Origin: Lama glama | Lineage: Eukaryota | Reading direction: 5' to 3' | Assembly (NCBI GenBank): GCA_028534125.1 | Contig: CM052817.1 | Coordinates: forward strand, 66,714,001-66,778,000 | DNA: 64,000 bases | Shown here: in pieces, positions 39,256 through 49,533 of the stretch | Position numbering within the stretch: position 1 is the first letter of the stretch | Layout of the letters: each line of letters opens with the position of its first letter | Translations under genes and position numbers: made by a program | Notes under the pieces: model-generated | The model's database searches: none | What the model was told of the DNA's origin: nothing | What the model saw: only the letters and a program-made list of their open reading frames with translations

Positions 39256-42026
39256 AATATATTTTTTCTATATTTAACCATGGTGGTTTGAGAGAGTTTA
39301 CTGAGGCTGGTGCTTATGAAAGATAGGATCAAGACCAAGAGTAATGTGCAACATTATGGTGCTAGTATTATTCTTTGAAAATAAAGAGTATTGCTCTGCT
39401 GGTTCTTCAGTATACCCTATTAAGTCCTGATGTTATGTGTAATCTTGAAATACAGGTTTATATGGGTCTATTCCTGAGTGAAAAATTTAAATGACTATCT
39501 GGAGATGATGAATCATTCTAAACAACTCTAACTTAGGAAAGCTAGTACAGTGTTGTGCAATCAAGAGATTCTTAATACCTGCTTTTAAAATAGACGGACG
39601 TCTCTCTAGTAAAGTATGAGAGTGTAGATTTTCTTGTTTTAAAATAGTTGGGGTATCTGTACTATCTGTGTGATGGTGCACTGGACCAGAATCCAGTAGG
39701 CTGCTACCAAGGCCGGTAGCAGTGTTTAAATGGATGAAAAGAGAAAGACATATTTACGATACATTTAGGAGGATTTGGCCATTGATTAAGAAGGGAAGGT
39801 AAGCGAAGAAGAGGATGCAATCAAGACGTGGCACCTTCATTTGAAAGGCACAGACCTCTGGTACCTAAATGATCTTTCTGTCCACCTGTGATTGGTTACC
39901 CAGCTGGTATTAAATAAAGCTCATAAGGTTTATGTTTACATATTTCAATTTAATTTAAAAGTTCAAATAACTTTAAAAACAAAATACTAATATATCTGAA
40001 TCTGTTCCTCTTCTCTTTTGTCCAGGAAAGCTTTAGGGAAGACCCAGAAACTATTTATTTTACTTTAGTGGCTGTGGCAAAATTTGACATTTGCTTTAGG
40101 TAGTACTGGATTTGAATAACACTTAGGCATATATTTAAAGAGTTGTATGTGATTAATTCATGGTATATGACTATGAAAAAATAAATATTTACACTGATAT
40201 AGCACTCTGCATTTCTTCTCAAAGATTTTCTTCATTCATTATTTAAGTTTATATTCACCAAACTCTTAAAGGCAAAATTATACCCATTGTGCAGATGAGA
40301 ACACATTAAATTCATCTAGGCCACAGGCAGCAGAACATGGACAGAAGCTGGGCTTTTCAGGTCCTTGTTCAGAGACAAGGAGAAGAGTTAAGCCTTATTT
40401 TCACACTAGATGATAGTTTTCAGAAGATCCAGGATACATACTGCATAAGTGAAGACTCCTGGATTTAGAAAGGACAGAAGACATATGAACTGCTAACTAG
40501 GTATCACATCACTTAGTTATAATTTGGAAGGTTGTGATAATTTTCCTGAATATACACACAAGTTATATCTATACAAGCAGAGTGAAATAGAAGTTTGATC
40601 AGTTGTCTCCCAAATGTTATTAAGTCAGGGACCATTAAGGTCATCCAGGTAATATCCCTTGTCTTATTCCTTAATGTTATTTTTTTTCTTTTGTTTTTCA
40701 TTTAAACCCATATTCTTCCTTTAAGCTGGAATTATTCTCTATGCTTGAAGGAGAAGACATTATTTTCTACTGTTCCCATTTGCCTGAAGAGCTTGTACAA
40801 TGCCTAGTTGACTGCTCTCAAAACTGTTAGGAGTCTAGGAGCTTAAAGATGCAAATGTGTAAAAAATGCTTTTCAAACCCCAGCTTAGCTTTAGAATGTA
40901 GCTTGCTGAGAAAATGCTTATAGCAATGGGGTGATATTGTTCAGCTCTGTGAGATGCTTGCTGGAAACCTACAGTGTCATTGCTTGAAGAACTGGGTTTA
41001 TTTATAGATGGACAATTACAAGTAGCTCTGGGGGCTGAAATTTTCTGATAATATCCACTTATGTAGGTCTTCTGGCCTATTCATATACATACAAACAGGT
41101 TTTCTTGGCATGAGGGCCAGAGAACTGGTGCTAAACAAAATTGGACAGTTAGACAAGATATACAATTACTAATGACCATAGTTGACTTTTGTGAGGTCTA
41201 CTGGGTTTGAAAAATAAGTTAGTGGTGCTTTGAAAACCTTATGAAATATAATTTCTTGTACAAAATGCAGTTAATTTTTATTTTCTAAAGAACAGAATTT
41301 AATGATAGCTCATCAGATATGGAATTTAAATATTACATGTTAAAAAACACAACCATATATACAAACACAAAGCATACATGTGTATATGTTTATTATATAG
41401 TATCTAAATGATCTCTAGGGAGCCAAAGCCTGTTCTATGTATGTTATCAAGTTGAGAACCCTAACCTGACAAGGAGTCTATTTGTAAATTGGAAAGTAGG
41501 GTTAGAAGGATGTGATAGTGGGAAGAATACTGAAGTGCCAGACTTGAATGTGGAAGAACATCTTGCTGTATATTATTTTTTAGTTAGATTAGAATGTTGA
41601 AGACTTTGGGAGAGAATTTATTCAGGGGAAGCAAGTTTTATTTTCCTGAACTGGAAATTTTAGAGACAACATGTATTATGACTGTGTTAATAGAAGTGTC
41701 ATATTAGTACTGTAGGCTTTCTTGTATTACTGAGATTCAAGGAAAAATTCCATAACCAGTGAGTCAGAAATCTTGGCTTTTACTGAAAAATGATTAAATA
41801 AGAGGGAGAAGACTGCCAGCTAATTAATTGGCTGGACTTATGTGGACATTATCTTGAAAGGCCATGATGGGAAACCTGAACTACATGGTCAGACTTTAGA
41901 ACTGTTTTGATCCAAAACTAATTTCCTCGAGTGAATAGTAAGAAATTGCTTTCTTGTAACAATTTCAAAAGGAATGAAGTACAGGAAAGAAGTGGGTTCG
42001 TCAAATGAAGGGCAAATGGTCTGATT

Positions 42027-42030
<4 letters not shown>

Positions 42031-42063
<33 letters not shown>

Positions 42064-42064
42064 A
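42031..42064. repeat. (CA)14 TA (CA)2 microsatellite
   Basis: Direct reading. Confidence 0.97.
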
Positions 42065-42363
42065 TGACATTAATCCCTCTATGGGGGGTAGGAGAGATTA
42101 TGGGAAAATAAGAAAGAAAAATATTAGTGATCTTAATTTTTGCTTTTCAGTATTTAATTTTATATTACTGCAGAAAAATTCTTATCTTTATTCATCTTTA
42201 AATGGGGGAAATTGATATTTAGTGGTATATGAGCTATTTCAAAAGCATTGTAGAATAACCATCAGTGAAGACATAGTTTGGAGGTTTCTGATTATTCATG
42301 AGGCATTTTCTTCCTAATAAACAATGTTGGTGCTTCTTTAGTCCATTTAAGAAGCTCTGATAT

Positions 42364-42474
42364 TGGGGGGAGAGTATAGCTCAAATGGTAGAGCACATGC
42401 TTAGCATGCATGAGGTCCTGGGTTAAATCCCCTAATTACCTCCCCTCCTCCAAAAAATAAATAAAAAATTAAAA
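42364..42474 (+). mobile_element. tRNA-derived camelid SINE (Vic-1 type), internally deleted
   Basis: gggggagagtatagctcaaatggtagagcacatgcttagcatgcatgaggtcctgggttaaatcccc (A and B boxes) + A-tail; 15-bp TSD aagaagctctgatat at 42349-42363 and 42475-42489. Confidence 0.93.
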
Positions 42475-42641
42475 AAGAAGCTCTGATATGACTGCACCTT
42501 CCAATCTAAGATTTAAAAAATGAGTTTAAACTGTATATCTATTGAACAACACGAGATAACGCAAAGGAGTGACAATGCCAAGATTTGTTCGCTATGATAA
42601 CCATCATTACTATTTAGAGCCTTGTTGAGAAGATGGAGCTG

Positions 42642-43023
42642 TCATCCTTTTTTGAGAGAAAATTGGCTAAGTTTAAGTGCCCTCTGAATATTCTGTAGGA
42701 CCTCCTGTTTCTGTCGCATTTCCTTATTCTGTTCCTTGCAGTGGTGACAGCTGTGATGCAATTCAGTGCCCAGGATTTCAATTGCTGTATCCAGATTCTC
42801 AAATAATGTCTTAATTGCCTGCTCTGCCTGAGTACTCTGCCAAGATACAGGAGGGCAGCAACAGGCCGGGAGAGGACATTTTCCCATGGATTTGGCTTTA
42901 GCTGGTCCAGGCTCATGAGCTCTTAGGCTTGTTTCTTTTGTGACTGCTTTCCCCAGGAGGCTTCCATGCAACACACTCATGAAAGTATCAAGAAGTACCA
43001 GAGTGAAGATGAGATTTCCTCAT
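42642..43023 (-). pseudogene. Candidate degraded ORF of unknown identity
   Basis: 112-aa ORF (42642-42980) in sequence I cannot assign to a repeat; open frame extends to 43019; out-of-frame ATG at 43023; no homologue recognised. Confidence 0.22.
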
Positions 43024-43330
43024 AAAAATGACTTTTTCTGAAAACAGACACTAGTCTATGTGAGACATTGGTTCAGCATCTTATTAAAAGTAAAAGCTTC
43101 TATAAACCTCTTTCCTTTAATAGGAGGTACCTTTCTATTACATCTGAAACTGAAATTTACAGCTCAGAATATTCTAAATATGAAAGATAAATATAAAAGA
43201 TACTAGGTATAGAAGATAGTTTTGTTATTCTTCCCTTGGACAGAATTTCTCATCTTTAAAAGACATTAAACTATGTAGTTTAAAATGTTAATGAAGTAAT
43301 GTATAAAGTCATGATTAAATCAATATCAAT

Positions 43331-44647
43331 AGAATCAATATTGTTAGAAGGGTCTTACTGCCCAAGACAATCTATAGATTTAGTGCAATCCCTATCAAAT
43401 TACCCAGGACATATTTCACAGAACTAGAACAAATCATAGTAAAATTTATATGGAACCACAAAAGACCTAGAATTGCCAAAGCATTACTGAAAGAAAAGAA
43501 AGAGACTGGAAGAATAACTCTCCCAGACTTCAGACAATACTATAGAGCTACANNNNNNNNNNNNNNNNNNNNNNNNNNNNNNNNNNNNNNNNNNNNNNNN
43601 NNNNNNNNNNNNNNNNNNNNNNNNNNNNNNNNNNNNNNNNNNNNNNNNNNNNNNNNNNNNNNNNNNNNNNNNNNNNNNNNNNNNNNNNNNNNNNNNNNNN
43701 NNNNNNNNNNNNNNNNNNNNNNNNNNNNNNNNNNNNNNNNNNNNNNNNNNNNNNNNNNNNNNNNNNNNNNNNNNNNNNNNNNNNNNNNNNNNNNNNNNNN
43801 NNNNNNNNNNNNNNNNNNNNNNNNNNNNNNNNNNNNNNNNNNNNNNNNNNNNNNNNNNNNNNNNNNNNNNNNNNNNNNNNNNNNNNNNNNNNNNNNNNNN
43901 NNNNNNNNNNNNNNNNNNNNNNNNNNNNNNNNNNNNNNNNNNNNNNNNNNNNNNNNNNNNNNNNNNNNNNNNNNNNNNNNNNNNNNNNNNNNNNNNNNNN
44001 NNNNNNNNNNNNNNNNNNNNNNNNNNNNNNNNNNNNNNNNNNNNNNNNNNNNTCTACTTCAGGATGACACCTGCACCCCAATGTTCATAGCAGCACTATT
44101 TACAATAGCCAAAACATGGAAACAGCCTAAATGTCCATCAACAGGTGACTGGATAAAGAAGAGGTGGTATATTTATACAATGGAATACTACTCAGCCATA
44201 AAAACTGACAACATAATGCCATTTGCAGCAACATGGATGCTCCTGGAGAATATCATTCTAAGTGAAGTAAGCCAGAAAGAGAGAAAAATACCATATGAGA
44301 TCTCTCATATGTGAAATCTAAAAAACAAAAACACAAACAAACAAAAACAAAGCATAAATACAGGACATAAATAGACTCATGGACAGAGAATACAGACTTG
44401 TGGTTACCAGGGTGGGGGGGGGTTAGAGGGTGGGAAGGGATAGACTGGGATTTCAAAATTGTAGAATAGATAAACAAGATTACACTGTATAGCACAGGGA
44501 AATATACACAAAATGTTATGATAACTCACAGAGAAAAAAATGTGACAATGAGTGTGTATATGTCCATGAATGACTGAAAAATTGTGCTGAACACTGGAAT
44601 TTGACACAACATTGTAAAATGACTATAACTCAATTAAAAATGTTAAA
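43331..44647 (+). mobile_element. Young LINE-1, 5'-truncated, with gap and ~63-bp TSD
   Basis: [25 protein letters not shown]...[12 protein letters not shown]...[11 protein letters not shown] before the gap and MFIAALFTIAKTWKQPKCPS after it (L1 ORF2); 3'UTR and A-tail; flanking duplication 43258-43320 / 44648-44710. Confidence 0.96.
43553..44052. other. Assembly gap (500 N)
   Basis: Run of N. Confidence 1.
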
Positions 44648-45926
44648 AAAAGACATTAAACTATATAATTTAAAATGCTATTAAAGTAATGTATGAAGTC
44701 ATGATTAAATAATCTCTCTAATGTGTAAGTTTGAATGATAAGAGGGAAACAAGATGTCTATATGCTGAGGAGCTGTAGCTGCTGAGTGTTTATCATTAAC
44801 AAACCTGGGGTGGTCTGGAAATTGTTACCAGGACTTTAAAGTAAAAGCAAATATTCTGCAGCCAACATAAAGGCAATGAAATATTACCTTTGTAATCAGG
44901 TACAAATTTGGGCAAAAGTATTAGAGCTCATTTACATATGTGATTGTTCCATACAGGGATGGACAAGGAGAGAATTTATTAGTGACATAGAAATTTTCAA
45001 AGTCCTACTTTTGTATTAGGTAAAGGTTCCAGCTTGGACTCAAGCTTTGTCCACCAAGGGGTCTGAATATGTCCGGAAAAGAGAATAGGTCCACCATGCA
45101 CCTGGGAAACTAAGGCTGACAAGCCTGACTTGGTAACAGGCTTTGTGGTATGAGGAGAGGTGTGATGCTAGGAATAAAAGAGGAGTTTTATTCAGATATA
45201 TTATTTTTCTCAGACCCCTTTCTCTTTATACTTGAATCTTGTAACAAAGGCCAGTAAGGGGCAGCAAGTAAAAATCAAAAGAGTGTTTCAGAAAAATCAA
45301 TAGTCTGCGAGTTCATCTAATTCTTACAGCAATCTTATAAATTAGGTGCTGTTATTACTCCCCTTTTACAGAATTTTTAAAGTTTTAAAAGGTCTAACAC
45401 TTTTCCTACAGTGCTATTTTAGTATCAGAGTATGTTCTTGAAGTTATGGCAGGCATTATTAAGATCACATGTATTTACTTAGTTCCAGAGTCTTACATTT
45501 TTCATGGAACAGTTATTGCCAGATACTGGGAATTGGTATATCTATTTATATTTATTTATTTATTTTGGGGCCTATCCTTATTTTCCACAAAGAACTTAAT
45601 TAAAATTGCTTTTGATATTTATAAACTGGGAAACTCAAGGTTATTAGGAGTCAAGAAAGAGATTACAAGAGTGGCATGACAGAATATTTCTTTAAAATGC
45701 CTCTGCAATATAGGATTGTGAGAAAGAAAGTGAAATCAAACATTTCAGGCTTTGGAACTTCCATCCTACCAGGGAAAGATGGCTAATTTAAGGGAGTAAT
45801 TGTGGAAGAGAATAGGTCCTAGCATGTTCTGATGGCTTCCAGTGGGTTCTGAAGTGGAATTTTGGGGACGAGTTTAAGCATTTGGGTGTGGGCGAGAATT
45901 CTCTATGGAGCTAAGTATGTTAAATA

Positions 45927-46016
45927 GATTTTTTTTTTCATTAGAGGTACTGGGGATTGAACCCAGGACCTTGTGCATGCTAAGCATGTGCTCTACCAAT
46001 AAGCTGTATCCTCCCT
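45927..46016 (-). mobile_element. tRNA-derived camelid SINE (Vic-1 type), short form
   Basis: T-tract + gaggtactggggattgaacccaggaccttgtgcatgctaagcatgtgctctacc; 16-bp TSD ctaagtatgttaaata at 45911-45926 and 46017-46032. Confidence 0.93.
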
Positions 46017-46074
46017 CTAAGTATGTTAAATAAGGGTCAAAGTTTGTTTGTTTGTTTGTTTATTTGTTTTAAAC

Positions 46075-46712
46075 TACAGTTTGCTCTGCAAACCTTTACC
46101 AGAGTTAGGAGATAATAGAAACTATTGTGTTCACCTCTACTTTATGTCTGATGCTCTTTTACTCATTTGTTCTGCACTGGATCTGCAGGTGAACTCCATG
46201 TGCTCTCTTGCCCTCTTGCTTGCTGCTACACAATAACAGCACCTGCATCCCTTGTACTAAAGCACCACCCACTACATGCATGGAGGCTCTGTCTCTTCAC
46301 ACTACATCGAAACTCAGATAAAGCACTGAACCAAGGGCCCACGATCTAGCTTCTGCAACAGCTGACTGGAGGCACTGGGCAAGGATCAACACTCTGGAAC
46401 GAGCTTTGACCGATGAGATACAAGAGATGGAAAATTAGCAGATAAACTTCTTTCCCTTCCTCTGTCTGGAGGACTCTTCCAAGGCACAATGATTCTATGG
46501 AGACTATCTGGACAAGTCCTTCATGATAAGAAACTGACCTTTATTTTCTTTAAAGCTATAGCCAGGTCAGTAATTCATTCCTTGCATTTGGTTTTGCTGT
46601 GTCACTTCCTTTTCTTCTGCATTCTTGATATTCTGGGACTGAATGACCCAGTAAAATATTAGTGGATTAGCTTTACCTCATGGCTGGTTTTCTGGGAAAT
46701 TCTGGTTAAGGT
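46075..46712 (+). mobile_element. ERVL LTR (LTR16-like)
   Basis: 3' end cccagtaaaatattagtggattagctttacctcatggctggttttctgggaaattctggttaag resembles the LTR16 terminus. Confidence 0.6.
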
Positions 46713-46714
46713 TC

Positions 46715-46900
46715 ATCTGTTCGTTTAGCAAATATTTATTGAATGAACATTATTATTAAATGAATATTATCACTAGGTGTCTACTACATGCTAGGCAATA
46801 TTTAACATGCTTAGGATGGTCACCAATGAACAAAGGAGACGAAAATCCTTGCCTCTGAGGAGTTGCTTTTTAGTAGAGAGAGAGAAAAATGAACAACAAA
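46715..46900 (-). mobile_element. L2 3' fragment
   Basis: ttcgtttagcaaatatttattgaat...tctactacatgctaggca...gacgaaaatccttgcctctgaggagttg. Confidence 0.65.
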
Positions 46901-46979
46901 CAGAGTAAGCAAGTAGATTTTAATATATGATAGAAATTGATGAGACAGGACTAGCTTAAACTTCTAGTGTTTCTTCCAT

Positions 46980-47485
46980 CAGCCTCTTTCTCTTCCTTCC
47001 ATTCCGTCTTCTACACTGCTGCCAATAATCTTTCCAAAATATAAACTTGAAGTCTTCTCTCTCACCATTTCCTCTTTTCCTTTACACTCCTATGTTGAAT
47101 TACTTATAGTTTCTTTCCCACTGAGGCCTCTCCCAATACTGCTTTTCATGGCTATGCCTTTGTTTAGTCTGCTGCCTTGGCTGGAATACCCCCTGTACTT
47201 TCTTTATCTACATAGCTAATCTGACTCAGTTTACAATCATCTTTTCAGGAAATCTTATCTGACCTCTCCCCCTCTGCTTCTCCCAGACTATTTAAGGGTC
47301 ATTCTGAGATCCCATAATTCCCTTCTAAATATTTTTGTCATTACAACCTATATTATTTTCTAAGTATAATTATTTCTCTCTGTGTGTCTTCCATTAATCT
47401 GAGAGTTCATTGAAGAAAGGGACTGTGCCATGCTTACTTTTTCATACTAACCCTTAGCATAGAACTCAATAATTTTGTTTTAAAT
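46980..47485 (+). mobile_element. L2 fragment
   Basis: Pyrimidine-rich body ending gagttcattgaagaaagggactgtg...cttagcatagaactcaataattttgtt. Confidence 0.55.
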
Positions 47486-47684
47486 AATGACTAAAGTGAA
47501 ATACATAGAAATGAGGTTCAAAGATTGTGAGGTATAGAAATCTCCCAATTAAGGTCCCACTGGTAGTGCTAGAGAACAGGATATTTGGAGATGTGAAATA
47601 AGTAACATCAAAGAGAAGTAGCAGCAGGGTTTGGGTTGTTTCAGTGAATAGCTGGCTTCAGTTTCCAGGCTCTGAATTAGACCT

Positions 47685-48159
47685 TGTATAGGTGAATTGC
47701 CAAAAATGGCTCCAGTTCTCCACCCCATTATCCTGTGATCATGCTTGTGTCTCTTCCCTTTAATAAGTGGTGTCTTTTTCCTTACCTCTTGAATCTGGAC
47801 TGTACTTTTACTTGCTTTGGCCAAATGAATTCAGTGGAAGTGACTGTTTTAGCCTAAATCTCAAGGGGCTTTGTAGTTTCACTGCCTCTTTAGGCTTTTT
47901 CTTCTGTCACGAGAACAAGTCTGGAACAACCTGTGGCGGTGGAGGCAGGGCTGAGTCATCACAGCTGTGGCCAGTCCCCAGCTGCCCACCAGCTGATGGA
48001 AGAAGCATGAGCAAGCCCAGTCAAGATCAGCTGGACCTGTTCAGACTAGCAGAAGTAAGTACCCACCAGACCCATGACTCAAGAAGGAGTAATAAATGGC
48101 TACTATTTAAAGCTACCAGATTTGGGGGTGGTATATTACACAATGGCTAAGCGATACAC
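47685..48159 (+). mobile_element. MaLR LTR (MLT1F/G-like)
   Basis: aaaatggctcca...cctcttgaatctggactg...ttgctttggccaa...aataaatggctactatttaaagctaccagatttgggggtgg...gataca. Confidence 0.8.
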
Positions 48160-49099
48160 AACAGAAAGTGGCAAAGTTGCTTCAGAACACTCATTGTGGT
48201 ACAATGTATTTTCTGACTTTTTAGAGAGTGGCTTTATGGTTTTTGTAAAAATAATACATATGCTCATTATAAAAAACTTCAAACAGTACTGAATAATACA
48301 GAAAAAGTATAAAAATCACACCACCAACAGTTCCATTACCTGTTTATATTTACTTCATAGTTACACATACATATTTCAAACCAGGTTATATAAAATAATA
48401 ATATAATTTATAAATATAAATATTGCCTCTTTATATTTCAAGAATTCATTTTATTCAAAGTCCTCGGTGCTGTATTTGGTATCAGTACTTTTTTTTTTTC
48501 ATTGTTGGAGCCACTTTCTGAGGGGCCTATCAGAGATGTCCAGAGAACATCATGTTGACTGGAACAGCCTTTATCTGAGACACAGAATCCTGTGCTGTCA
48601 CTAGAGACTTTTTCAAAAGTCTCAGTACATATTCCTGTGTTATTCAGGCAGTGGTTTATTCATTTACCCTGTAGGTATGTATTTGTGATCTCAAAAATGT
48701 TACAACCAACTATATTGATTTTAATTTTTTTAAAGGTAAATATTAATTGAATAGTAAATGCTTTTTATAGAATGTAGGCATGCATTTTAAAAACTTACTC
48801 AAAGAACAGCTAGTTTAAGGCATAAAATGTTACCTTTGTCTTCATACATTATGTCTGATCTTCCTTCCCTGTCTCATATCCCTTTCTTCATTCTTGGAGA
48901 TAAGTACCATATTGAATTTGGGTTTTCCCCCCACATTTCTTCTTAAATTTGTTTGTTTACTTATTTATTTTAATGTCAGGAATGTTATCCCTGAGATTCA
49001 CCCTTGATATTGTGTATACCTATAATTCATCAATTCATTCATTTATATTGCTGTTTGACATTCCATTCCATAAATACAACATGATCTATGTATCCATTT

Positions 49100-49533
49100 A
49101 TATTAGTCAGGGAAATAATGCTAATTCCTGTCACAATCTCAACATCACAGTTGCTAAATGTAATAAAAGTTTATTTATTTCTCATTTCACAATCTGATGT
49201 GGATCAGCTTGTGCATGTGGTGGGGTGAGGGGGAGAGTGAGGAGTGTCTGCTCCACATAGTCACCCAGAGATCTATCACAGATTATCATGAGGCCAAATA
49301 CATGGCTTCAAAGGTGTAACTGCATCACCCAATCAGCAGAGAGAGAAAAGAGGAGTGTAGAAAAGGCACACTTGCTTTTAACTACTTGAGACATAGAACT
49401 TCTGCTCACTCTCTTTGATGAGAAATAGAGGTCCCATTTTGATGCAAGGAGACCTAAAAATATGTGTTGTGTGTGTGCACGCAGAAGGGGAATACAGTTG
49501 TTTAATGAGCACGCAGTATTATTTCTTCCACAG
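49100..49533 (-). mobile_element. Old MaLR LTR
   Basis: tatattagtcaggg...tttatttctcatttcacaatctgatgtgg...ttccaca. Confidence 0.55.

Noticed and set aside
42364..42432. Apparent tRNA gene
   Set aside because: Degenerate stems, A-tail and 15-bp TSD identify a SINE.
42614..42916. Overlapping 100-aa Arg-rich minus ORF
   Set aside because: Alternative frame of the candidate above; stop just upstream and no recognisable homology.
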